Notes under the pieces: model-generated
What the model was told of the DNA's origin: nothing
The model's database searches: none
Seen by the model: the letters and a program-made list of their open reading frames with translations, nothing else
Program-made: the position numbers and the translations under genes
Shown: piece by piece, positions 26,875 through 35,382 of the stretch
How the letters are laid out: every line of letters begins with the position of its first letter
Numbering within the stretch: the stretch's first letter is position 1
Assembly: GCA_026708965.1 (NCBI GenBank)
Contig: JAPOTY010000021.1
Span: forward strand, 80,182-144,181
DNA: 64,000 bases
Direction of reading: 5' to 3'
Source: Gammaproteobacteria bacterium
Lineage (GTDB): Bacteria > Pseudomonadota > Gammaproteobacteria > Steroidobacterales > Foliamicaceae

Positions 26875-26980
26875 TTCCCCGGTCTCGCGCTCAGGGCCAT
26901 AAGGTGTTGCGTATTCTTGTTGTCCCCCGGCAGGCAGCTTACCAGAGCTATTTTGCGGCGGCGGCAGGCTAGAGCGGCGC

Positions 26981-28207
26981 TTAGGTGAGGTGGCGGGTGA
27001 GGGTGGGCATGTCCTTGTCGCCGCGGCCGGATAGGCCGATAAGGATGCGTTTGCCGGGGTTTTGGCGCGCCCATTGGCGGGCGGCGAATAGGGCGTGGGC
27101 GGGCTCCAGCGCCGGCAGGATGCCTTCTAAGCGGCAGCATTCCGCCAGCGCTTCGAGGGCCTGATCGTCGCTGGCTGAGAGGTATTCGACCCGGCCTATC
27201 GCCTGCAATAGCGCGTGCTCCGGCCCCACGCCCGGATAATCGAGGCCGGCGGAAATCGAGGCGGTCTCCACGATTTGGCCGTCGTCGTCGTAGAGCAGCA
27301 TCGAGTAGCTGCCGTGCAGCACCCCCGGCTTGCCGGCGCCCAGCGATGCCGCGTTCTGGCCCTCGCCCGGTCCCGTGCCGCCGGCCTCCACGCCGAAAAT
27401 AGCCACCGCTTCGTCGCCTAAAAAGGCGTGGAACAGGCCGATGGCGTTCGACCCGCCGCCCACGCAGGCGAAAACGGCATCCGGCAGCCCGCCGGCGGCC
27501 TCGGCGAACTGTTCGCGCGCCTCTTCGCCGATCACCTTCTGCAACTCCCGGACCAGCCAGGGATAGGGATGCGGGCCCACCGCCGACCCCAGCAGGTAGT
27601 AAACGCCTTCCGGATCCGAAACCCAGGCGCGGAAGGCTTCGTCGGTGGCCGCGCGGAGGGTGCGGTCGCCCTTATCGACAGCCACGACCTCGGCCCCGAG
27701 CTGGCGCATGCGCTGCACGTTCGGCGCCTGCCGCTCCATATCCAGCGCGCCCATGTACACCGTGCAGGGCAAGCCTGCGCGGGCGCAGGCCGCCGCCGAG
27801 GCCACCCCGTGCTGTCCGGCGCCGGTTTCCGCCACCACGCGGCTCGCGCCCAAGCGCAGCGCCAAGTGCGCCTGGCCCAGCGCGTTATTGATCTTGTGGG
27901 CGCCGGTATGGGCCAGATCCTCGCGCTTGATCCATACCTCGGCGCCCCAGGCCCGCTCCAGGCCGAGCGCGCTGGTGAGCGGCGTGGGGCGTCCGATCCA
28001 TGCCCGCCGTTCCTCGTTCAGCGCGCGGCAAGCATCGTTGTTGGCAAAGAATTCCCGCGCCTTGCGTTCCAGCCGCGACAGCGCCGGCATCAGCGTTTCG
28101 GGGGCGAAGCGGCCGCCGAAGGGGCCGAAGCGGCCATCGCCGTCCGGCAAATCGCCGTTCAGCAGCGCGGCCAGCAGCGCGCGGGCTTCGGATTCGGGCA
28201 TGTTCAT
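26981..28207 (-). CDS. trpB: tryptophan synthase beta chain
   Basis: 408 aa. DLAHTGAHKINN (PLP lysine), GGGSNAIG, GLDYPGVGPEH. Confidence 0.95.
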   Translation of the reverse strand: MNMPESEARALLAALLNGDLPDGDGRFGPFGGRFAPETLMPALSRLERKAREFFANNDACRALNEERRAWIGRPTPLTSALGLERAWGAEVWIKREDLAHTGAHKINNALGQAHLALRLGASRVVAETGAGQHGVASAAACARAGLPCTVYMGALDMERQAPNVQRMRQLGAEVVAVDKGDRTLRAATDEAFRAWVSDPEGVYYLLGSAVGPHPYPWLVRELQKVIGEEAREQFAEAAGGLPDAVFACVGGGSNAIGLFHAFLGDEAVAIFGVEAGGTGPGEGQNAASLGAGKPGVLHGSYSMLLYDDDGQIVETASISAGLDYPGVGPEHALLQAIGRVEYLSASDDQALEALAECCRLEGILPALEPAHALFAARQWARQNPGKRILIGLSGRGDKDMPTLTRHLT

Positions 28208-28812
28208 CGCTGCATGGCCGCTTGGCGGGCCGCCCGCACGAATTCGCTCATGGCCGCCGCGTCCTTAACGCCGGGCGCGCTTTCGACGCCCGAGGCCACA
28301 TCCACGCCCCATGGCCGCACCTGGCGCACGGCTTCAGCAACGTTGTCGGGACCCAAGCCACCCGCCAGCACCATCTCGTTGCGCCGCGCAAGCCGGGCGG
28401 CGCGCTTCCAGTCGGGCCGCTGCCCGATGCCGCTGCGGGCGCCTTCAAACAGGCAGCGCGTTGCTGCGGGAACCGATTCGGGATTGAACTGTTCATGGTC
28501 TCTGTACACGGGCAACGTCCGCAGCGCCGAGGGGAGCGATAGCCGCGCCAAGCTATCGGCATCGGCTTGAAGGCAATCCGGCTTGAATTCGGCCAAAACC
28601 TGCTCCCACTCCTTCTGGACGGGGCGCAGCATAACCGCAACGCGCAGAATCCGCTGCGGCGCCGCGCCCGCAAGCTGGGCCGCCTGCTCCGGCATCAGGC
28701 ACCGCGGCGAGGGCGGAAAGAAGTTGAAGCCGATGGCGTCGGCCCCCGCCGATACGGCGGCCTCAACGGCCTTAACGGTTTTAACGCCGCAGATCTTCAC
28801 GAACAGGCTCAT
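28204..28812 (-). CDS. trpF: phosphoribosylanthranilate isomerase
   Basis: ORF 28204..29052 trimmed to Met81 (MSLFVKICGV...). ATGA overlaps with the trpC stop and the trpB start. Confidence 0.85.
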   Translation of the reverse strand: MSLFVKICGVKTVKAVEAAVSAGADAIGFNFFPPSPRCLMPEQAAQLAGAAPQRILRVAVMLRPVQKEWEQVLAEFKPDCLQADADSLARLSLPSALRTLPVYRDHEQFNPESVPAATRCLFEGARSGIGQRPDWKRAARLARRNEMVLAGGLGPDNVAEAVRQVRPWGVDVASGVESAPGVKDAAAMSEFVRAARQAAMQR

Positions 28813-29639
28813 TGTGAAACACGCGCTTTTCGCCCCGCGCGCAGCATCCGGCCGACCAGGCCGCGAGGATCGGGCGAGCGCATCAGCGCGGTGCCTACGA
28901 GCGCGCCATTCCAGCCGCCGGCGGCCAGTTCCGCGGCATCCTCGGCCCGCTTGATGCCGCTTTCGGCGAATATCGCATGCGCGCCGGATTCGCGGGGGCG
29001 GAAGCGCTTGAAACGCCCGGCATCCACTTCGAGCGTTTGCAGGTCGCGGCAATTGAGGCCCAGCAGCGCCTGTTGGCGCCGCGCCCCGGAGCGTTCGGCT
29101 ATTCGCCGCGCCCGTTGCAGCTGAGGGCCGTCGAAGGCCTCCAGCAGCGCGAATAGGCCGCAGCCCAGGGCCGTGGCCAGCATCGCTTCGGTATTGTCGT
29201 CATCGGTCATGCCCACGATCAGCAGCACGCCCGCCGCGCCGTGCTGCCGGGCCTCCAGCACCTGGTAGGGATCGACCAGAAAATCCTTGCGCATGACCGG
29301 CGTTCTCGGCGCCGCTTGCGCCACTTGCCGCAGCAGCCCTAGGGAGCCGCCGAACCGCCCGGGCTCGGTCAATACCGATAGCGCCATCGCGCCGCCCGCC
29401 ACATAGTCCGCCGCCAGTCCTGCCGGGTCGAAGGCGCGGTCCGCTAAATTGCCCTCGCTGGGCGAAGCGGGCTTGATCTCCGCGATCAGGTCGAAGCCTG
29501 CGGGCGACAGCGCCAGCGGCGGCGCGGGCGGCAAGGCATCCACGCGCCGTTTGAGTTGCGCCGCGCTTAAGTCTTGCTGAGCCTTGCGGGCGCGCTCGCG
29601 GCTTGCCTCGGCCATGCGTTCGAGAAAACCTCTGTTCAT
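28809..29639 (-). CDS. trpC: indole-3-glycerol phosphate synthase
   Basis: 276 aa. IAEIKPASPSEG, VLTEP..FGGS, KDFLVDPYQV.EAR..GA..VLLI. Confidence 0.92.
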   Translation of the reverse strand: MNRGFLERMAEASRERARKAQQDLSAAQLKRRVDALPPAPPLALSPAGFDLIAEIKPASPSEGNLADRAFDPAGLAADYVAGGAMALSVLTEPGRFGGSLGLLRQVAQAAPRTPVMRKDFLVDPYQVLEARQHGAAGVLLIVGMTDDDNTEAMLATALGCGLFALLEAFDGPQLQRARRIAERSGARRQQALLGLNCRDLQTLEVDAGRFKRFRPRESGAHAIFAESGIKRAEDAAELAAGGWNGALVGTALMRSPDPRGLVGRMLRAGRKARVSQ

Positions 29640-29670
29640 GCCGCCGCCATGCGCTCCCGGGATTCGCTGC

Positions 29671-30690
29671 TCAGCCGACTCTTAGGCGGTCGAGCAGGCG
29701 TCCGGCCCGTCCTTCCCGCAAAGCCTCTCGGGCGGCTTGCAGTCCCTCGGCCAAGTCAGCCGTCCGGCCCGTCAGTTCCAGCACCAGGCCGGCCTGCAAG
29801 GCCAGCGCGTCGTTCAGCGCCGCGGCGCCCTGGCCGCGCAACGCGGACTCCAGGATTCGGGCGTTGTAGTCGCGCTCGCCGCCGGCCAGCGCTTCCGGCG
29901 CGCATCGCGGAATGCCCGCGTCAGCCGGATCGCGCGTGGTTGAATCGACCCGCCCGGGGCGCACGTCGAAGAGCAGGTAGCGTCCCGCCGGGGTCGGCTC
30001 GTCCCAGCCCGGTTCGCCATGCACCACGAAGCAGCGCTCGATATCCAGCCCGCTTAGCGTGTCGGCAATCAGCCGTGCCGCCTCCTCGCTGAACGCGCCC
30101 ACCAGCATGAACGGCGGTTGCGCCGGGTTGGCCAGCGGCCCCAGCAGATTGAACACGGTGGGAACGCCCAAGGCGGCGCGAACCGGCGCCACCGACTTCA
30201 TGGCCGGATGGAAATACGGGGCGAACATGAAGGCGAAGCCGTGCTGGCGCAGCGCGGCGCTCACCTCGCGGGACCGCTCGTGCAAGGGCACGCCCAGCGC
30301 TTCCAGCACGTCGGCGCTGCCGGTTTTGCTCGATACGGCGCGATTGCCGTGCTTGGCGATGCGCACGCCGCAGGCCGCCGCCAGGAGTCCGGCGCCGGTC
30401 GATAGGTTGAGGCTGCCGGAGCCGTCGCCTCCCGTTCCCACCACGTCCGCCACCGGACCGCCGGTCGGAAGCCCGGGGCGAATCGCCAGCGCCCGCATGG
30501 CCCGCGCGAAACCGCGCAGCTCGGCGGCGTTTTCGCCCTTCAGCCGCAGGGCCGCCAGCAGCGCGCCCGCCAGCGCTTCGGGCGCCTTGCCGGCCGCCAG
30601 TTCGCGCATGGCGGCTTCCGCCTCGCCCTCCTCAAGCGAGCCGCCCAGCAGCAGGTGCCGCAGCATCCTGCGGAGCGGGTCAGAGCTCAT
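29671..30690 (-). CDS. trpD: anthranilate phosphoribosyltransferase
   Basis: 339 aa. VGTGGDGSGSLN.STG, KHGNRAVSSK.GSADVLEALG. Confidence 0.93.
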   Translation of the reverse strand: MSSDPLRRMLRHLLLGGSLEEGEAEAAMRELAAGKAPEALAGALLAALRLKGENAAELRGFARAMRALAIRPGLPTGGPVADVVGTGGDGSGSLNLSTGAGLLAAACGVRIAKHGNRAVSSKTGSADVLEALGVPLHERSREVSAALRQHGFAFMFAPYFHPAMKSVAPVRAALGVPTVFNLLGPLANPAQPPFMLVGAFSEEAARLIADTLSGLDIERCFVVHGEPGWDEPTPAGRYLLFDVRPGRVDSTTRDPADAGIPRCAPEALAGGERDYNARILESALRGQGAAALNDALALQAGLVLELTGRTADLAEGLQAAREALREGRAGRLLDRLRVG

Positions 30691-32482
30691 ACATCATCGG
30701 CAGCAGCAGCGAGAAGCCGAGCCACATGATGAGCGTGAGCGGCGCGCCGATCCGCAGGAAGTCCAAGCGCCGATAGCCGCCCGCGCTCATAATCAACAGA
30801 TTCGTCTGGTAGCCGATCGGAGTGAGGAAACTCATGTTGGCGCCGAAGATCACCGCTAGGATGAACGGCTCCACCGGGGCGCCAAGGCCGGCGGCGAAGG
30901 CGGCGGCGATGGGGGTGCCGATAATCGCGGCGGCGTTGTTGGACACCACGTTGGTGAGAATCGCCATCATCAGCATTAGCGCGCTGAGCAGCAAGGGCAC
31001 CGGCAGATTGCCGGACAGCGCCACGAACACCGCCGCCAGCCAGTCGGCGGCGCCGGTTTTGAGCAGGGCGTCGCCGAGGCCTAGGCTGGCCACGATGATG
31101 ATGGTGAGCGGCACATTGAAGGCATCGCGCACGTTTCGCCAGCTCAGGCACTTGGCCGCGATCATCGCGCCCACGCCCATCACGGACGTGAGCACGATCG
31201 GCATCCAGCCCAGCGCCGCCGGGATGATGGCCGCGGCCATGATGCCCACCGCGGCCCGCGCCCGGCCCGCCCGCGGCAGTTCCATGACGCGCCCTAGCAC
31301 CAGCACCGACGATTCGGTGGTCAGGCGCCGGATATCGGCCCGCGCGGCTTGCGCCAGCAGCACGTCGCCGGTGCTCAGGCGGGTGTTGAGCAGGTCGTCG
31401 CTGGGCGCTTCGCGGTCGCCCGCCCGGTACATGGCCAGCGGCGACAGGCCGTAAATCTCGTCCAGGTGCGCCTCGCTGAGGCTGCGGTTGTCCAGCGGCG
31501 ATCCGGGCGTGACCACCAGCTCGGCCACCTGCTGCGGCTCGTTGGAATACTTGAGTTCGCCGCCCGGCAGCGACGCGCCCAGCAGCTGCTCGTACTGATG
31601 AAGCCGCTCCAGGGTGTCGCGCACGAACAGACGGTCGCCCGCCCGGATGCGAATCATCGGAAGCCGCGACACGATCAGATCGTTGTCCCGCAAAACTCGG
31701 GTCACTTCGATGGCGTTGCCGGTGCGGGCGCGGATTTCCGCCAGCGTCTTGCCGTCGGCGAATCCCCCGGCGCGGATGCGAAGCGTGCTCGCGTACACCC
31801 GGTGGGCGGTTTGCAGCGGCAGCGTGCGCTCCGGCATCAGCTTGGGAGCAAGCCACCATAAAAACAGGATGCCCACGCCGCCCACCAGCAGCACCGGGAT
31901 GCTGAACGAGAACATGCCGAACGGCTCCAAGCCTAAATCCTCCGCGATGCCTGCCACCAGCAGGTTGGTCGATGTGCCGATCACGGTGGACATGCCGCCG
32001 ATCAGGGTGGCGAATCCCATCGGCAGTAGAATCGACGAGGGCGCTTGGTGGGCATGCAGCGCCGCCGCCGTGAGAACCGGCAGCAGCATCACCACCACCG
32101 GCGTATTGTTGACGAAGGCGCTGAAGGCCGCCGATCCCACCAGCGTCAGCAGGGCGGCAAGCAGGGGGATGCGGGTCCAAAGCCGGGTGAAGAACAGCGC
32201 CACCGGGCGCAGCGCGCCGGTGGTTTCAAGGCCCTTGCCCATCACCAGAAGCGCCGTGATGGTGACCAGCGCCTCATGGCCCAGGTTGCGGAAAAAATCG
32301 GTTGACTCGATCACCCGCTCGCCGCCGCGTTCGAGCGGCCATAGCTCGAAGCCCACGAGCAGCAGCAGCAGCACGCCCATGCCGGCGGTTTCCAGCGGAA
32401 TCCGGTCGCGGGTGAACAGGTACAGCGCGAACGCGGTGAGCAGCATCACCATCAGAGCGTGTGCGCCCGGAAATTCCGGCAA
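30680..32482 (-). CDS. SLC13/DASS-family permease with two central TrkA-C domains
   Basis: 600 aa. Hydrophobic N- and C-terminal transporter halves flank two RCK-C-like segments (...GKTLAEIRARTGNAIEVTRVLR... and ...NRSLSEAHLDEIYGLSPLAMYR...). Confidence 0.85.
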   Translation of the reverse strand: MPEFPGAHALMVMLLTAFALYLFTRDRIPLETAGMGVLLLLLVGFELWPLERGGERVIESTDFFRNLGHEALVTITALLVMGKGLETTGALRPVALFFTRLWTRIPLLAALLTLVGSAAFSAFVNNTPVVVMLLPVLTAAALHAHQAPSSILLPMGFATLIGGMSTVIGTSTNLLVAGIAEDLGLEPFGMFSFSIPVLLVGGVGILFLWWLAPKLMPERTLPLQTAHRVYASTLRIRAGGFADGKTLAEIRARTGNAIEVTRVLRDNDLIVSRLPMIRIRAGDRLFVRDTLERLHQYEQLLGASLPGGELKYSNEPQQVAELVVTPGSPLDNRSLSEAHLDEIYGLSPLAMYRAGDREAPSDDLLNTRLSTGDVLLAQAARADIRRLTTESSVLVLGRVMELPRAGRARAAVGIMAAAIIPAALGWMPIVLTSVMGVGAMIAAKCLSWRNVRDAFNVPLTIIIVASLGLGDALLKTGAADWLAAVFVALSGNLPVPLLLSALMLMMAILTNVVSNNAAAIIGTPIAAAFAAGLGAPVEPFILAVIFGANMSFLTPIGYQTNLLIMSAGGYRRLDFLRIGAPLTLIMWLGFSLLLPMMYEL

Positions 32483-32560
32483 GGTTTACCCCTTGGGGCC
32501 ATGCGGCCCGATGCAAAACGCTATGGTAGCAGTCTAGGTGTTGCTAACCCGCATATGAAG

Positions 32561-32660
32561 CCTGTCCCCGCCCCCTCTTTAAGGAGTATCGGAGGCAGGA
32601 TGCCGGAGCAAGCCCCATGGACGGGTTCATGCGTCTCCTTAAAGAGGGGGCGGGGACAGG
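32561..32660. repeat. 100-bp palindromic intergenic element (perfect 26-bp arms)
   Basis: cctgtccccgccccctctttaaggag (32561-32586) is the exact reverse complement of 32635-32660. The core is homologous, in opposite orientation, to the elements at 41438-41664. Confidence 0.9.
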
Positions 32661-32734
32661 CGAGGGCTAATCAGAATCCTGCGCGGCCTCCACGCCCTTT
32701 GATGCAAATATGATGCAGGCCGATTGCGCGCTTT

Positions 32735-34063
32735 TTAGTGCTCCGAAGGGCTGCGGAGCAGCGCCCAGGTGCGCCGCAGCAGCATCTCGTAATCGGCGCG
32801 GTCCAGCGTCTGGCGCACTTGGCTGCCGTGCATGGTGATATTGTCGGCAACGCGGATGACCGGCAACAGGTTGAGCCACGCCCGCGCGGGGATTGGAGTG
32901 GCGGTTCGCGGCAGCACGCAATAGGGCGAGAGCGCCAGGAGTTGCCGATGGCGCGGGCTGCGTTGGGCAATGATTTGCTGGGCTCGCTCCGCGCCGTAGC
33001 GTGGGACTAGCGCTTGCACCAGCTGCTCCGCATCCAGCGCGGGATACGGCCCGCGTTCGCGGGCCAAGCGCATGGATTCGCGCAGAAGCTGGCGCTTGAA
33101 CAGGCGCAGCCAGCGCTCGATGGTCGCCACCGTGGATTGTTTCTGCGGGTCCATGCCATGCCTGAGCGCCAGTTCCCCGATGCCCGTCACGTGGGCGGCC
33201 AGGCGGCGGTTGGCGCGGGCATCGGCTTGCAGGTTGCCGGAAGGCCAGGACACCGAATCAATCAGGTTATCGGCCAGCCGCGCGCCCACGCGCACCATTT
33301 TTCTCAGGTGGCCCACGCCCCGTTCGATCTGCTCCGCCGGAATCGTGCTCAAATCGAACTGCATGCCCAGCCAGGCGGTATCCGCCGGCGCTTCGAAAAG
33401 GCTTAGAGGCATCACGGTGTCCGCTGCCTCCCTGCCCACCAGGTCGGTGAGCGGCGGCTTTTCGCCACGCAGAACCAAGTCGGTCCTGTCAAATTTGTGG
33501 CTGGCATCCACCAGCTCGGCCCAGCGCGTCGGCGAGTCGAAACTCTGCGGTCCAACACGCACCGCCGCAGCGGCGCCCGCCAGCCGTCCGCTGCCCATGG
33601 CTTCAAGCAATGCGCTGCATCCGGGATGCTCCGACTTGAGCGACAGGGCGATATAGGGCGGCGCGTGGCCGGCTTTGCGAATCTGTTGCCATTCGGCGGT
33701 GAGGGCCGTGAGCCATGCGCTGAAAAGTCGCGGAGAAATAGCAGACAAATCCACGCCCAGCGCCGCTTCCTGCTGCTTGTGCCGGGCCACTCGCTCGCCA
33801 AATTCGCGCAGCGTCGGGCTGGATCGATCAGGCCTTTCGTCTCCCGGCGCTTGAAGGGCGAAGGCGCATTGCCCGGCGATGGCGTGCCGGTCCGTCCCTG
33901 TGCGCCCGTCATCAAACGCCAGCGGCCCTATCGTTTGTCCGCTGAGCAGCCGCTCAAAATAGCCGCGCCAGCGCTCCGGCTGCGCTTCCCGGCGCACCGC
34001 GATATCCGCCAGCGCGCGGGAAAGCGCGGCTCGCTCGCCGACGCTGGCAGTGGGCGGATCCAT
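32735..34063 (-). CDS. hypothetical protein with distant resemblance to the C-terminal barrel of ribonucleotide reductase
   Basis: 442 aa. The segment NRRLAAHVTGIGELALRHGMDP...ARERGPYPAL...RHRQLLALSPYCVL resembles the NRRIGLG.TG..D.L..LG...A.E.G.FP...RN..L.aiAPT region of class I/II RNRs. The canonical active-site context was not recognised. Confidence 0.6.
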   Translation of the reverse strand: MDPPTASVGERAALSRALADIAVRREAQPERWRGYFERLLSGQTIGPLAFDDGRTGTDRHAIAGQCAFALQAPGDERPDRSSPTLREFGERVARHKQQEAALGVDLSAISPRLFSAWLTALTAEWQQIRKAGHAPPYIALSLKSEHPGCSALLEAMGSGRLAGAAAAVRVGPQSFDSPTRWAELVDASHKFDRTDLVLRGEKPPLTDLVGREAADTVMPLSLFEAPADTAWLGMQFDLSTIPAEQIERGVGHLRKMVRVGARLADNLIDSVSWPSGNLQADARANRRLAAHVTGIGELALRHGMDPQKQSTVATIERWLRLFKRQLLRESMRLARERGPYPALDAEQLVQALVPRYGAERAQQIIAQRSPRHRQLLALSPYCVLPRTATPIPARAWLNLLPVIRVADNITMHGSQVRQTLDRADYEMLLRRTWALLRSPSEH

Positions 34064-34134
34064 GCCCTGAATCCTGCGCGCCGCGCGCCCGCCGCGGCAA
34101 GCCGGAAATTGTCGCTGTTCGGCGCCATTTGCGC

Positions 34135-35355
34135 CTACCGGGCCGGCAGCAGGTCCTTGAGGGGAACGGACGTGTCGGCGAGCAAGGCGGGATCCGGCGC
34201 GAGCTGCGCCGCGATCATTTTTTTTCCGGCCATGAATTCCCTGGGGCTGGACACGGCTTCGACCGCGCTCAGCCGGCCCCTGCGCAGCCTAAAGGCCGCA
34301 AAGGCGCCGGCGCCGGGGTCGCCCCGCAGCACCGTTTCGTCGTTCGGCGCCGCCACGCCCGCGATTTGCAGTTTGATCCGGTACTGATCGGACCAGAACC
34401 AAGGAGTGCTCGAATAAGCCTTGGGGCTGCCAAGGATCACCGAGGCAGCCACTTGGCCGTGGTCCACGGCGTTCTGGACGGATTCCAAGCGAATCGCCGT
34501 TCCCAGCAGCGTATTGACGGCGCGCGCGCAATCGCCGGCCGCCAGGACGGACTCATCGCTGGTGCGGCAATGCTCGTCGGCGCAGATCCCGTCGTCTTCT
34601 TTTAGGCCGCATTCCCGCGCCAGCGAGGAGGCGGGCAGCACGCCTATCCCCACCACCACCGCATCGGCCTCCACGCTTCCGCCATCGGTTTCGACGCCTT
34701 CCACGCGGCCGTTGCCGATCAAAGCGCTTACCTTGGCTTGCGTGCGGATGCGAACGCCGGATTCCCGGTGCTTTTCAGTCAGCCAGTCGGCCACCTGGGC
34801 GCTGACCACCCGGCTCATCACACGGGGCAGCGCTTCCAGCATGGTCACGTCCGCGCCCAATTCCCTGGCCGTGGCCGCCACCTCCAGGCCGATGTAGCCG
34901 CCGCCCACGATCACGATCCGCCGCTTTGGGCGCAGCGCTTCGCGCAGGCGGTCGGCGTTGGCGAGGGAGTGCAGGTAATGAACGCCGGGCAGATCCGCGC
35001 CCGCCACGCCGAGGCGCCGCAGGCGGCTGCCGGTGGCCAGCGCCAGCCAGTCGTAGCGAAGCGCCTCGCCCGAGTCCAGCGTCGCCCGCTTGCCTTGCCG
35101 GTCGATGCCCACGACGCGGCGGCCGAGCCGCAATTCGACGCCCTTGGATTCAAAATACTCGGCCTTGCGCAGCAGCAGCCGCTGCCGTTCGAGCTTTCCT
35201 GCCAAGTATTGCTTGGACAGCGGCGGGCGCTGGTAGGGCGCCATATCCTCTTCGCTGACCAGCGTAATGGGCCCTTCATGCCCGCCCTGGCGCAACGAAA
35301 CCACGAGCTGCGCCGCAGCCTGGCCGCCGCCCGCGATCACAACGGATCCGCTCAT
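34135..35355 (-). CDS. FAD/NAD(P)-dependent oxidoreductase (ferredoxin/rubredoxin reductase type)
   Basis: ORF 34135..35382 trimmed to Met10. Dinucleotide motifs VVIAGGGQAA and IVIVGGGYIGLE. C-terminal reductase dimerisation-like region. Confidence 0.85.
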   Translation of the reverse strand: MSGSVVIAGGGQAAAQLVVSLRQGGHEGPITLVSEEDMAPYQRPPLSKQYLAGKLERQRLLLRKAEYFESKGVELRLGRRVVGIDRQGKRATLDSGEALRYDWLALATGSRLRRLGVAGADLPGVHYLHSLANADRLREALRPKRRIVIVGGGYIGLEVAATARELGADVTMLEALPRVMSRVVSAQVADWLTEKHRESGVRIRTQAKVSALIGNGRVEGVETDGGSVEADAVVVGIGVLPASSLARECGLKEDDGICADEHCRTSDESVLAAGDCARAVNTLLGTAIRLESVQNAVDHGQVAASVILGSPKAYSSTPWFWSDQYRIKLQIAGVAAPNDETVLRGDPGAGAFAAFRLRRGRLSAVEAVSSPREFMAGKKMIAAQLAPDPALLADTSVPLKDLLPAR

Positions 35356-35382
35356 CGCAGCGTGCCCGCCCAAGCTAGGCAA

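Noticed and set aside
23077-26988. Very long plus-strand ORF (1303 aa), the longest in the window
   Set aside because: It is exactly antisense to hsdM and hsdR, which have unambiguous methyltransferase and helicase motifs. Its translation is Arg/Ala/Gly/His-rich low-complexity sequence with no motif. This is the typical stop-codon-poor antisense frame of GC-rich DNA.
30687-32180. 497-aa ORF in an alternative frame of the same strand as the SLC13 permease
   Set aside because: The 30680..32482 frame gives a coherent polytopic membrane protein with TrkA-C domains. The alternative frame is Arg/Gly/Pro/Ala-rich with no hydrophobic segments.
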